A stretch of DNA of 63,998 nt, the filler included, from an uncultured bacterium (GTDB lineage: Bacteria; CAZSTA01): the NCBI GenBank assembly GCA_964609495.1. It is 5 parts of 5 records of this genome, joined end to end, with 100 filler letters (N's around TTAATTAATTAA, not from the genome) between each part and the next. Parts side by side here need not be neighbours in the genome. Positions count along the whole stretch, not along the records: positions 1 to 15,039 come from CAZSTA010000080.1; positions 15,140 to 30,110 come from CAZSTA010000081.1; 3 more parts are not named here. One strand, 5' to 3'. The position numbers and the translations under genes were made by a program. Position 1 is the stretch's first letter. Every line of letters begins with the position of its first letter. A model generated the notes under the pieces. That model was not told where the DNA came from. It ran no database searches and was given only the letters and a program-made list of their open reading frames with translations. This document shows positions 8,173-17,807 of this stretch, in pieces.

Positions 8173-9558
8173 GTGGAGGTGGATTATTTGTTCTTCAGGA
8201 GATTCTTCATTAGAGGATTAGCGCACACATCATATATGATCGGTTCTCAGGGGGAATGTGCGGTAGTAGATCCGAGGCGAGATGTGGATTTCTACTTGAA
8301 AATAGCGGAGAAGGAGGGGCTAAAGATAACTCATATTCTCGAGACCCATTTACATGCCGATTTCATATCAGGGCATTTAGAATTGGCGGATATAACAGGA
8401 GCTAAGATATATATATCTCAGAAAGCTCAAGCTGAATACGATCATATTGGGCTGAAAGAGAATGATAGGATAGAAATTGGGGATGTGAGGATCAATGTCT
8501 TAGAGACGCCCGGACATACTCCAGAGCATATATCTCTGTTAGTTAGCGATGACTCTGATAAGCCTGAGCTAGTATTCACTGGAGATACTCTTTTCGTGGG
8601 AGATGTGGGGAGACCGGATCTATTTGGAGAGGATAAAGCTTCGGAATTGGCGGGGAAATTATACGATAGCCTTCATAATAAATTGATGAGATTGGAGGAT
8701 CATATCCAGGTCTATCCCGCTCATGGCGCAGTTTCTCTCTGTAGTCTTAAAATTGAGAGGGAGAAGTCTTCTACTATTGGGCATGAGCGGCGGTTCAATT
8801 ATGCTATACAGGAGAAGGATAGGAAGAAGTTCACCAAGCTGATATTAGAAGGAATGCTCGAAGCTCCTGTTTATTTTAGTAGGAGCAGGGAAATAAATCG
8901 CAAGGGTCCTGAGATTTTGAGGGAATTTCCAGGTAAGAGATCAATATCTCCTCAAGAGGCATATGATTTACTTCAGGATAAAGCGATACTTCTTGATATT
9001 CGTTCATCTAGAGAATTCTCCGAGCTTCATGCCGAAGGAGCGATCAGTATCGGTTTCAGCCCCTGTTTATCGACTTGGTCGGGATGGATCACTCCTTACG
9101 ATAAACCTATTATATTAATGATTAAAGATGAAGGCTGGTTAGAGCCGACGGTCCGTCGTTTGATAAGGGTAGGACATGATGATATATCGGGCTATGTTGA
9201 GGGAGGGATCGAAGCTTGGCAAGAGGCAGGATTACCCACTCAAACATTGACTTATATATCTGCTCAAGAGCTGAAACAGAAGCTAGATGATAAGGGAGAG
9301 CCAGTGGTCTTAGATGTTAGAACCAAGGCGGAATGGGATGCTGGACATATACCAGGAGCTTTTCATATTCCCCTGGGATATATTCCCGAACGTTACTCTG
9401 AGACAAATGGGAATGAAGAACTCGCGGTTATGTGCGACGTTGGATATCGTTCCACCATAGCTTCGAGCATACTCCAGCGCAACAACTTCGGCGATATTTA
9501 CAACATAAAAGGTGGAATAAACGCTTGGAAGAAAGCGGGTTATGAGACTGTTATGTGA
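8173..9558 (+). CDS. MBL-fold hydrolase with two rhodanese domains (persulfide dioxygenase/sulfurtransferase-like)
   Basis: THLHADF, TPGHTPEH, FTGDTLF; rhodanese DVR…GHIPGA and CDVGYRS. Confidence 0.9.
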   Translation: MEVDYLFFRRFFIRGLAHTSYMIGSQGECAVVDPRRDVDFYLKIAEKEGLKITHILETHLHADFISGHLELADITGAKIYISQKAQAEYDHIGLKENDRIEIGDVRINVLETPGHTPEHISLLVSDDSDKPELVFTGDTLFVGDVGRPDLFGEDKASELAGKLYDSLHNKLMRLEDHIQVYPAHGAVSLCSLKIEREKSSTIGHERRFNYAIQEKDRKKFTKLILEGMLEAPVYFSRSREINRKGPEILREFPGKRSISPQEAYDLLQDKAILLDIRSSREFSELHAEGAISIGFSPCLSTWSGWITPYDKPIILMIKDEGWLEPTVRRLIRVGHDDISGYVEGGIEAWQEAGLPTQTLTYISAQELKQKLDDKGEPVVLDVRTKAEWDAGHIPGAFHIPLGYIPERYSETNGNEELAVMCDVGYRSTIASSILQRNNFGDIYNIKGGINAWKKAGYETVM

Positions 9559-9637
9559 TGGGATGTTTGGACACCCAAGCATATCCAGATATATAGAAGA
9601 GGGATATGAAGTTGTAGTTTTTTAACAATGAAGAGAG

Positions 9638-10042
9638 GTGATAGATATGAAAGAAATGAAGGATTTGTTTCAAAGTGCGGACTGGAAGAAGGAAAAGCAC
9701 GTGCCTGTAATAGAGTTGCCTGAAAAGGCTAAAAAAGACGAGTCCTTGAGGATAACCGTGAGCGTTGGAAAGGAGATCCCCCATCCTAATACCACTGAAC
9801 ACCATATAGGATGGATAGAGGTCTACTTCTTGCCTGAAGGAGAAAAGTTCCCTTACCTCATAGGGAGATCTGAGTTCTCGGCTCACGGAGCATCTGTCCA
9901 GGGAGCAAACTCCAGTTCGGTTTACACTGAACCCGAGATGGTTTGTACACTGAAGACAGGCAAGTCGGGCACAGTCAACGTCGTGTCTTACTGCAATATC
10001 CACGGCTTATGGACCAGTTCCGCAGAGTTGAAAGTGGAGTAA
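9638..10042 (+). CDS. Superoxide reductase (neelaredoxin, class II SOR)
   Basis: EKHVP, HPNTTEHHIGW, CNIHGLW iron ligands. Confidence 0.92.
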   Translation: MIDMKEMKDLFQSADWKKEKHVPVIELPEKAKKDESLRITVSVGKEIPHPNTTEHHIGWIEVYFLPEGEKFPYLIGRSEFSAHGASVQGANSSSVYTEPEMVCTLKTGKSGTVNVVSYCNIHGLWTSSAELKVE

Positions 10043-10093
10043 ATAGAGAGGAAATGGTTGGATCATAACTAAAAGAGGATGGAAATATAAGGC

Positions 10094-10144
10094 AGAAATT
10101 GGAAGACGTTAAGCGATTGTGCTTGTTTTCGTCTTCCAATTTCT
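10094..10144 (+). terminator. Hairpin after the SOR gene
   Basis: AGAAATTGGAAGACG…CGTCTTCCAATTTCT 15-bp inverted repeat. Confidence 0.6.
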
Positions 10145-10160
10145 ATCTTATATTGCAATT

Positions 10161-10213
10161 ACCAAAAAATGTTGACAAATTTAATATTTTTTGGTATAAT
10201 ATATATAGGGGTA
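10161..10213 (+). promoter_or_regulatory. copA promoter with overlapping inverted repeat
   Basis: TTGACA(10172)-17-TATAAT(10195); ACCAAAAAAT…ATTTTTTGGT inverted repeat; downstream TATAGGGGTA resembles a CsoR half-site. Confidence 0.7.
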
Positions 10214-10274
10214 AATTAGTCAAGTTTAGATGAGAAAGATCTAGCAAGAATAGAAAGAATTATCGATTAAGAAG

Positions 10275-12707
10275 GTGATGCAGATGGCAGATCGAAGGAC
10301 AGAGGAGAAAAATATTATTAAGAGAAAATTAAAGATTGAAGGTATGAGTTGCGCTAACTGTGCCCAGACTATAGAGAAGGCTGTGGGAAGATTGGAGGGA
10401 GTGACTTCAGCCTCGGTCAACCTTGTCTCGGAGCTATTATATGTGGAGTCCGATCCTTCTGTAGAGGAGAAGGAGATAATAGAGAGGGTGGAAGACGCGG
10501 GCTATTCGGTGAAACTCTCTCCTTCAAAGAGGATCAGATTCGATGTGGAAGGGATGAGCTGTGCTAATTGCGCTCAGACTATAGAGAAGAAGCTAAATAG
10601 AACTGAGGGGATAAAAAAAGCTATAGTTAATCTGTCGAGTGAAAAGGCTACTGTAGAGTTCGATCCCGAGGTTATCACCAAAGGGCAGATATTCGCGATA
10701 ATAGATGATCTGGGATATGGAGCTAGTGAGGAGACCGAGAGGGAGGAGGAGGCGGAGGAAAAGAAGATCTCCGAAGCAGAAAGGCAGAGGGATTGGCTGA
10801 TATTCAGCGCTCTTCTCACGCTCCCTATCTTGATCCTGATGTACACAAATATCTTAGGTGCTTATACGAAATATGTAAACTTTGTCCTAGCCACGGTCGT
10901 CCAGTTCACCGCTGGGTTGATCTATTACAAAGGGGCATATCATTCTTTGAAGAATGGTTCGGCTAATATGGATGTCCTCGTCGCTTTGGGAACTTCCGCC
11001 GCTTACTTCTGGAGCGTTATGGCAACCTTCTTTATAAAGGGCGAGATATTCTTCGAGACCTCGGCTATGCTCATCACTTTCATTCGCTTTGGGAAATTTT
11101 TGGAGGCTAGAGCGAAAGGGCAAGCTAATACCGCTTTAAGGGCGCTTCTGAAGTTGCAAGCTGATAAAGCGAGATTAGCTTATGATGATGGTCATACTGA
11201 GGAAGTCCCCGCCTCTCAGATAGAGGTTGGCGAGGTGGTATTAGTCAAGCCTGGTGAGAAGATCCCGGTAGATGGGGAGGTTATAGATGGAGGATCGAGC
11301 GTTGACGAATCGATGGTAACTGGAGAATCGGTCCCTGTCGATAAGGAGGTAGGCGATGAGGTTACTGGCGCTACTATAAACAAGAGCGGAGTTCTGAAGA
11401 TCAGAGCTACTAAGGTGGGTAAGGATACGGTGTTATCACAGATCGTCGAGATGGTGCAGGAAGCTCAAGCGGATAAGGCTCCTATCCAGCGTTTAGCCGA
11501 TACAATATCTAATTACTTCGTCCCCACAGTAGTGGCTATCTCGATCATAACTTTCCTGATTTGGTACTTCATCGCTAGACAACCCTTTATTTTCTCCTTC
11601 AGTTTAGCGATAGCGGTTCTAGTTATCGCTTGCCCCTGTGCTTTAGGATTAGCCACCCCTACTGCGATTATGGTGGGAAGTGGAATAGGCTTGGGAAATG
11701 GCATCCTCTTCAAGAAAGCCTCGGTCTTGGAGAACATCTCTAAGCTAGATGTATTGATCTTGGATAAGACGGGAACGATAACTAAGGGAGAGTTTCAAGT
11801 TACCGATCTAGTTCCTTTAAATTCTATATCTGAAAGAGAGCTACTAAGCTACACGGCGACAGGTGAGAGTTCCTCCAGTCATCCTATAGCTGGCGCAATA
11901 ATTCAAAAGGCGAATGATGAGGGAGTGAGGATAGGAGAGGTGGAGGAATTCGATGAGAAGCGAGGTCACGGAATAAGCTGTAAATATCAGGATAAACCTC
12001 TATTGATAGGTAGAAAGAAGCTATTAGAGGATGCGAATATATCGATGGATGGAGTTCAAGGTAAGGTTCAGCAACTGTCCGAACAAGGGAAGACCGTTAT
12101 CTACGTAGCTTATGATAATGAACTCGTTGGGTTAGTAGCCTTAGCAGATGTTATCAAGGAAGGCTCCAAAGAGGCTATAAGGCAATTTAAGGAGCTGGGG
12201 ATCAAGATAATTATGATCACTGGCGATAACAGACGTGTTGCCGAGGCAGTGGCTAAGGAAGTGGGGATCGATGAAGTAGAAGCGGAAGTTCTTCCCGAGG
12301 ATAAACAAGTTACCATCAAGAAGTATCAATCTCAAGGTTCGAGAGTGGGAATGATTGGAGATGGGATAAATGATGCTCCTGCTTTAGCTCAAGCTGATAT
12401 TGGAATAGCTATCGGTTCGGGAACGGATGTTGCCAAAGAGACGGGAGATGTTGTCCTAGTTAAGAACGATCTACTTGATGCAGAAAGAGCTATACGCTTG
12501 GGAAGAAAGACATTAAACAAAGTCAAGCAGAATCTATTCTGGGCTTTCTTCTACAACACGATAGGCATCCCGATAGCGGCTGGTATTCTCTATCCCATCT
12601 TTGGTATAACCCTCAAGCCAGAATACGCGGGCTTAGCAATGGCTCTATCATCCGTCTCAGTGGTAACCAATTCCCTGCTTCTGAAGAGATATGAACGCGA
12701 GCTATAA
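10275..12707 (+). CDS. copA: Copper-translocating P1B-type ATPase
   Basis: Two GMSCANC HMA domains, [24 protein letters not shown] and MALSS motifs. Confidence 0.96.
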   Translation: MMQMADRRTEEKNIIKRKLKIEGMSCANCAQTIEKAVGRLEGVTSASVNLVSELLYVESDPSVEEKEIIERVEDAGYSVKLSPSKRIRFDVEGMSCANCAQTIEKKLNRTEGIKKAIVNLSSEKATVEFDPEVITKGQIFAIIDDLGYGASEETEREEEAEEKKISEAERQRDWLIFSALLTLPILILMYTNILGAYTKYVNFVLATVVQFTAGLIYYKGAYHSLKNGSANMDVLVALGTSAAYFWSVMATFFIKGEIFFETSAMLITFIRFGKFLEARAKGQANTALRALLKLQADKARLAYDDGHTEEVPASQIEVGEVVLVKPGEKIPVDGEVIDGGSSVDESMVTGESVPVDKEVGDEVTGATINKSGVLKIRATKVGKDTVLSQIVEMVQEAQADKAPIQRLADTISNYFVPTVVAISIITFLIWYFIARQPFIFSFSLAIAVLVIACPCALGLATPTAIMVGSGIGLGNGILFKKASVLENISKLDVLILDKTGTITKGEFQVTDLVPLNSISERELLSYTATGESSSSHPIAGAIIQKANDEGVRIGEVEEFDEKRGHGISCKYQDKPLLIGRKKLLEDANISMDGVQGKVQQLSEQGKTVIYVAYDNELVGLVALADVIKEGSKEAIRQFKELGIKIIMITGDNRRVAEAVAKEVGIDEVEAEVLPEDKQVTIKKYQSQGSRVGMIGDGINDAPALAQADIGIAIGSGTDVAKETGDVVLVKNDLLDAERAIRLGRKTLNKVKQNLFWAFFYNTIGIPIAAGILYPIFGITLKPEYAGLAMALSSVSVVTNSLLLKRYEREL

Positions 12708-12729
12708 TTCAGTCAGGAGGAGATCGATT

Positions 12730-13053
12730 ATGAAGGGATTAAGGGAAGTTACTGATGAGACTTTTGACGATATGGTCTTGAAAGCGGATAAACCGCTACT
12801 TCTGGAGTTCATGTCTCCCACTTGTCGCTCTTGCAAAGCTATAGCAGGTCGCTTAGAAGAATTAGCGGAGGAGTTTCAAGGCAAGGCGGAATTTCTGCAA
12901 TTGAGCATCGCTGATAATATGAGATGGGAAGATTACGATATAAGAAATACCCCCACCCTACTATATTTTGCGAATGGAGAAGAGATGGAGAGGCAAGATT
13001 TCTTCCCTAGTAGAGAGGAGATAAAGGAGCAACTTAATAAGCTCACTAGTTAG
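12730..13053 (+). CDS. Thioredoxin-family protein
   Basis: CRSC CxxC motif and cis-Pro TPT; RBS AGGAGG before ATG 12730. Confidence 0.85.
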   Translation: MKGLREVTDETFDDMVLKADKPLLLEFMSPTCRSCKAIAGRLEELAEEFQGKAEFLQLSIADNMRWEDYDIRNTPTLLYFANGEEMERQDFFPSREEIKEQLNKLTS

Positions 13054-13106
13054 CTCCTCTTTCTTCAGGAGAAAATGGTTTATCTTTGAAAAATAAAATA
13101 TATTTT

Positions 13107-13143
13107 ATGGCGTCGGGTTTAATAGTCCGACGCTATTTTATTA
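13107..13143 (+). terminator. Intrinsic terminator
   Basis: ATGGCGTCGG…CCGACGCTAT followed by TTTATT. Confidence 0.65.
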
Positions 13144-13176
13144 TCAATCCCCAATATTTGCTAATCTTGAAGATGA

Positions 13177-13205
13177 TTGACAATTATTTAGTATTATGCT
13201 ATAAT
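13177..13205 (+). promoter_or_regulatory. Sigma70-type promoter of the methyltransferase
   Basis: TTGACA-17-TATAAT with TG. Confidence 0.8.
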
Positions 13206-13245
13206 AAACTGCAGAAAACAGGGTAAAGTTTCCGATGGTGGTAAA

Positions 13246-14910
13246 GTGATAATTCCAGAGAGCAGAGTAATGAGTTACAAACAACTGACTCTTTTCGATC
13301 ACACTACTAGAAAGTCTAGTTTTGGTGGGCTAAGGCAGAGGGAAAAGCATTTCGAACGCCCTGAGAAAGTTTATGGCCAATTCTTAACCCCTCCCGAGGT
13401 TGCGGATTTTATAGTGCGTTTCCTCGTTGCAAACACGGAAGGGAATCTTGGAATCGACCCAGCTTGCGGGGATGGTGTTTTCCTTGAGGCACTTATCGAG
13501 GCTGGATTTGAAGATGTTGTCGGGATAGATATCGATCCTAAAATTCTCGATAATTTGCCATTAGAGGTGGAAAGCAAGGCAAGAATCATCCTGGGTAATG
13601 GTCTCACCTCCTTTGCTTCCCTAGAGGGCTTAGGAACTGCTGTAGTAGGTAATCCACCATTCAGCGCTAAATATGGAAGGGTGAGTGACAAAGCGATACT
13701 TTCCAAGTTTGAATTGGGTAAAGGGAGGAGTAGTCAAGCGATAGAAGTTCTTTTCCTCGAGAGATTCCTACAATTCGCATCGTCGAAGGGAGTCATTGGC
13801 ATTATCGAACCTCAAGGGATTTTCTCTGCCTTACCTATGGAATATGTCAGAGCTTATATAACTAATAAAGCTACTGTTCTGGGAGTTATATCTTTGCCAA
13901 GAGGCATTTTCAGTAATGGCACTACCTCAAAGACATGCATTCTCCTTGCTCGAAAGGGAAAGAAAAAAGTGAAGACTTTTATGGGCATCGCAGAACATCT
14001 CGGTGATCTCCCAATACTCCTAGAAGCCTATATCGAGCATCAAGAACTTGAATATCCACCCTCCTTTTGGGTTAACCTAAGATCTGATACCTTCGAACCT
14101 GAATTCTACTGGTCCTCCAAGACTATTCAGCCGCTTTTCAAACCAGAGTTACCAGTTGTACCTTTAGGCGAACTTCTATCTGAAATGCGCTGCGGCGGAA
14201 CCGAGTATGGTGAAAAAAGGAAATTTGTGAACGAGGGTATCCGCTTTATCTCGGCAAAGACTATCACTCCTCTTGGCATAGACTTTAGTCGGGACGAAAA
14301 ATATGTAGAGCCAAATAGTCCTATGGACAAAAAAGGGGCTTATGTCTTTCGTGGCGATGTCTTATTCGTTCGGGTAGGTGTTGGATGTAGTGGGCGGGCG
14401 GCTGCTTTAGTTGACGATCTGCAAACAGGGATCGCTGATGATTGGATATACATTCTACGACCTAAGACGATATCTCCTTTTTATCTCGCTCTATTCTTCT
14501 ATACCAAGCCTGGTTCGATGCAAGTTGATCGCCTAAAGCGGGGCGTTGGAACAGTAAATATTCCTCAAAAACTGCTGAAACGTGTCTTGGTTCCAATTCC
14601 CCCAGAGTCCTTTCAGCAGTATGTAGAGATAGGATATCAAGAGATGGTAAAGCTCCGGGCGGCAGGATATATAAGCGAAGCACAAGAAAAATTTGCGCAA
14701 ATGAAAGCTAGCATCGAAACTATGGTAACTCAACTTCCTATAACTTCTGTCTCTCCCAGCCTTGTGGGAAAAACGGCACAGCCAAAACAGATTGTAGAGT
14801 GGGAACCATCGATGCCGATACTTTTCGATACGATTAGAGCATTTTCGATCGCATCTGAGAAGCATCATGAAGATATGATTGATGTCTTAAAGCGGATTCT
14901 TGGGATATAG
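13246..14910 (+). CDS. N6-adenine DNA methyltransferase fused to an HsdS-like target recognition domain
   Basis: GQFLTP, DPACGDG, NPPF (gamma class); C-terminal GDVLFVRVG…GRAA…NIPQKLLKRVLVPIPP TRD-like region. Confidence 0.85.
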   Translation: MIIPESRVMSYKQLTLFDHTTRKSSFGGLRQREKHFERPEKVYGQFLTPPEVADFIVRFLVANTEGNLGIDPACGDGVFLEALIEAGFEDVVGIDIDPKILDNLPLEVESKARIILGNGLTSFASLEGLGTAVVGNPPFSAKYGRVSDKAILSKFELGKGRSSQAIEVLFLERFLQFASSKGVIGIIEPQGIFSALPMEYVRAYITNKATVLGVISLPRGIFSNGTTSKTCILLARKGKKKVKTFMGIAEHLGDLPILLEAYIEHQELEYPPSFWVNLRSDTFEPEFYWSSKTIQPLFKPELPVVPLGELLSEMRCGGTEYGEKRKFVNEGIRFISAKTITPLGIDFSRDEKYVEPNSPMDKKGAYVFRGDVLFVRVGVGCSGRAAALVDDLQTGIADDWIYILRPKTISPFYLALFFYTKPGSMQVDRLKRGVGTVNIPQKLLKRVLVPIPPESFQQYVEIGYQEMVKLRAAGYISEAQEKFAQMKASIETMVTQLPITSVSPSLVGKTAQPKQIVEWEPSMPILFDTIRAFSIASEKHHEDMIDVLKRILGI

Positions 14911-14987
14911 CCAACTGTGTGGGAAGACTGATATTAAAGGGAGAGGAGATATTACGTCTTCTCTCCCAATCTATTAAAGGAGGTATT

Positions 14988-15039
14988 ATGGAGCTCCCTG
15001 TAACCTTTCAAAATGAAGGACAGCAGATAGTAGGGATGT
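14988..15039 (+). CDS. N-terminal fragment, probably an alpha/beta hydrolase (cut by contig end)
   Basis: RBS AAGGAGG then MELPVTFQNEGQQIVGM. Confidence 0.45.
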
Positions 15040-15139
15040 NNNNNNNNNNNNNNNNNNNNNNNNNNNNNNNNNNNNNNNNNNNNTTAATTAATTAANNNNN
15101 NNNNNNNNNNNNNNNNNNNNNNNNNNNNNNNNNNNNNNN
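15040..15139. other. Artificial contig junction
   Basis: 100-nt N spacer with TTAATTAATTAA six-frame stop linker. Confidence 0.99.
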
Positions 15140-15198
15140 AGCACAACGAGGCTTAATGCTAGAGCTAGTACCAAAGCAACTCTTTTGAATCTTAGCAT
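15140..15198 (-). CDS. Start of a secreted protein (signal peptide), truncated
   Basis: MLRFKRVALVLALALSLVV, downstream of sugar permeases; possibly a solute-binding protein. Confidence 0.4.
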
Positions 15199-15428
15199 CT
15201 TTATATCTGGCTATCTAATATCGCCAGATTTCCCACCTCCTTGATTTTAATGGATAGTTTTAAGTTTACAATCTGAGCTAATCTAAACTATATTTTTGAG
15301 CTTTATCACCTCCCCCTTGTTTAGAATCTAAGTTTGACGATCGGCAGAATTTCCCAGGATCAGAGAATCTACATCGAAGCCACTTTAATTTGCCGATCTT
15401 GAGAATATCTGATCTCCCCAACTAACCG

Positions 15429-15659
15429 TCACCACTTTATCTTTCCACGCGCCAAGCGATCCTCGTAGTCCTCTAGATTCCTCAAATAATCAGCGAAATC
15501 TGACTCCATTGTTTCAAATGATTCGATAAATTGCGTTAACAATTGCCAGTGGACATTGTTGCGTCTAATCTGCAAAAAATCGATGAAGTCACAAACCTCC
15601 TGAACAAGCGGTTCATCCAACTGTTGAATTTTAGCGATCGCCCTTTCGTAAACTGTCAC
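15429..15659 (-). CDS. DUF2281-like putative antitoxin
   Basis: AKIQQLDEPLVQEVCDFIDFL pattern typical of this family. Confidence 0.7.
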   Translation of the reverse strand: MTVYERAIAKIQQLDEPLVQEVCDFIDFLQIRRNNVHWQLLTQFIESFETMESDFADYLRNLEDYEDRLARGKIKW

Positions 15660-15757
15660 AGCTATTCTCCAAAACAGCATACTAGAAAGAAGAGAATGGC
15701 TGATAATAATAGTTCAAATCTCTCCCGCAGATCCAACACTTATTATCGTTTTAACTG

Positions 15758-16636
15758 TTATTCCTTTAATCCAGTTAGGGTTATCCCTTGGATAAAATAT
15801 CTCTGACCGAAGAAGTAAGCTATCATCACTGGAATAATAGCGATGGCGGAAGAAGCCATCATAAGAGTCCACTTATTGTAATATAATCCTCTTGCCGCTG
15901 ATACTAACAGGGGAACAGTGAACTTCTCCAACGTATCGAGATATATCAAGGGAGTTAGGAAGTCATTCCAAGATCCCATAAAGGTGAAGATACCCAGAGT
16001 GGCAAGAGCTGGGATGGAGAGAGGTAGCATTATATTCCAATATATGCGGAAAGAGCTACATCCATCGATCCTGGCGGCATCTAGCAAGTCATCCGGGATA
16101 GCTAGGAAGAACTGGCGAAGCAAGAACACCCCAAAAGGGTTACGTAAGACCCAAGGGACTATGAGAGGCCAATGAGTATCGATCCAGCCTATCCTCTTAA
16201 AGAAGATGAACATCGGGATCAAGGTTATCTGCCCAGGGATCATCATCGTAGCTAAGAGTCCGATGAATATCTTATCTCGACCGAAGAAATGCATCTTCGC
16301 AAAAGCATAAGCCGCCAGCGAGGAAGTAAAAATGGTCCCGATAACTACCAAAGAGGTTATCTTAAGGCTATTCAAATATCCTAATCCAAAGGGGATCAGA
16401 GTCCAAGCATCCTTATAGCCTTGCCAGCTTACAGGGTTGGGAATCCATTGAGGAGGATAGATAAAGACTTTCCCTTCCAGCTTAAAGGAGGTAGAGATCA
16501 TCCAAATGAAAGGGATAAGCATTATTATTCCTCCAATGATCAGAAGGAGATGGATTATAATTTCCCATATCGTTCTTTTAGCCTTTAGACCAGGGGTTAC
16601 TTTCTTTTTAGCTCCAATAGTATTTGTGGCTGACAT
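15758..16636 (-). CDS. Carbohydrate ABC transporter permease (MalG-like)
   Basis: EAA-type loop DAARIDGCS, WNDFL. Confidence 0.95.
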   Translation of the reverse strand: MSATNTIGAKKKVTPGLKAKRTIWEIIIHLLLIIGGIIMLIPFIWMISTSFKLEGKVFIYPPQWIPNPVSWQGYKDAWTLIPFGLGYLNSLKITSLVVIGTIFTSSLAAYAFAKMHFFGRDKIFIGLLATMMIPGQITLIPMFIFFKRIGWIDTHWPLIVPWVLRNPFGVFLLRQFFLAIPDDLLDAARIDGCSSFRIYWNIMLPLSIPALATLGIFTFMGSWNDFLTPLIYLDTLEKFTVPLLVSAARGLYYNKWTLMMASSAIAIIPVMIAYFFGQRYFIQGITLTGLKE

Positions 16637-16640
16637 TGTT

Positions 16641-17522
16641 CTACCCTCCGTAATAGTGAACCCAACGCTTGCTATAAGCGAATTGGATCAGAGTAATTAT
16701 AAAGATGATAGTGAATAGAACCCAAGCCACAGCACTCGCTTCGCCCATCTTCCAATAGCGGAAGGCAAGGTTATAGATGTGGAGAACCAAGACCATAGTG
16801 GCATTTGCTGGTCCTCCACTGGTCATTATGTAGGATTGGGCGAAGATCTGAAAACTACCTATCATAGACATAATCAGGACAAAAAAGGTGGCGGGAGAGA
16901 GCATCGGTAGAGTTATATACCTAAATTGTTTCCAACTAGTCGCCCCATCTATCCTAGCCGCCTCATAGAGGTGTTGAGGAATACCTTGCAACCCAGCTAG
17001 AAAGATGACCATATTATAGCCTAACCCCTTCCATACGCTCATAAATATGATCGAGGGCATCGCCCACTTGGTGCTAGCCAGCCATTTTGGCCCCTTTATC
17101 CCGAATTTGAGAAGGATATTGTTGATTACCCCAAAATCGGGGTTATACAACCAAGCCCAAACTAAGGCTACCGCAACCATAGGGGTTACAACTGGTAGGA
17201 AATAGATACTTCGATACCAAGTTAATCCTCTCATCTTTCGGTTCAAAGCTAAAGCTAATCCTAAGGAAAGCACTATCCCCAAGGGAATACTTGCGAAGGC
17301 GAAATAAGCTGTATTAAAAAGAGCTTTCTTGAATATGGGATGGTTAAGTTGAACTTCATAGTTTTTAAGTCCTACCCACTTAAGGGGAGCGACTAGATTC
17401 CACTCGCTAAAGCTTAGCAAGAAGGCGAATATAACTGGGCCAATGGTAAAGAGGAGCACTCCTAGAAGTTGAGGTGAGATGAACAGATAAGCCATTAAAT
17501 TTTCTCTTCTTCGTCTTTTCAC
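16641..17522 (-). CDS. Carbohydrate ABC transporter permease (MalF-like)
   Basis: LYEAARIDGA motif; GTG start at 17522 chosen because ATG 17570 lies only 3 nt from the -10 box. Confidence 0.93.
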   Translation of the reverse strand: MKRRRRENLMAYLFISPQLLGVLLFTIGPVIFAFLLSFSEWNLVAPLKWVGLKNYEVQLNHPIFKKALFNTAYFAFASIPLGIVLSLGLALALNRKMRGLTWYRSIYFLPVVTPMVAVALVWAWLYNPDFGVINNILLKFGIKGPKWLASTKWAMPSIIFMSVWKGLGYNMVIFLAGLQGIPQHLYEAARIDGATSWKQFRYITLPMLSPATFFVLIMSMIGSFQIFAQSYIMTSGGPANATMVLVLHIYNLAFRYWKMGEASAVAWVLFTIIFIITLIQFAYSKRWVHYYGG

Positions 17523-17573
17523 TCGGTATTTCCCCTCTCGTAATCTGTTGAGTATAATCCAATAACGCATTTT

Positions 17574-17602
17574 AGTATAGCATAAAATAATTTTATTGTC
17601 AA
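17574..17602 (-). promoter_or_regulatory. Promoter of the sugar permease operon
   Basis: TTGACA-17-TATACT on the minus strand. Confidence 0.75.
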
Positions 17603-17728
17603 TAGACCTCCTCGATTTTATTTTAGGGAAATATTCTTATAATAGCGGATATCTTGGGATCAACCTATTGAGCGTAAGTATCTGGAACTCGATTTCATAA
17701 TAACTACTCCAAAAATTCTTCAAAAGTA

Positions 17729-17757
17729 TTGACATAATGCAAATAATTTCGTATTAT
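17729..17757 (+). promoter_or_regulatory. Promoter of the aminotransferase operon
   Basis: TTGACA-17-TATTAT. Confidence 0.7.
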
Positions 17758-17807
17758 TACTTATAGATTTATTAATGAATTCCTGCAATTATTAGGAGGG
17801 TGATGAT

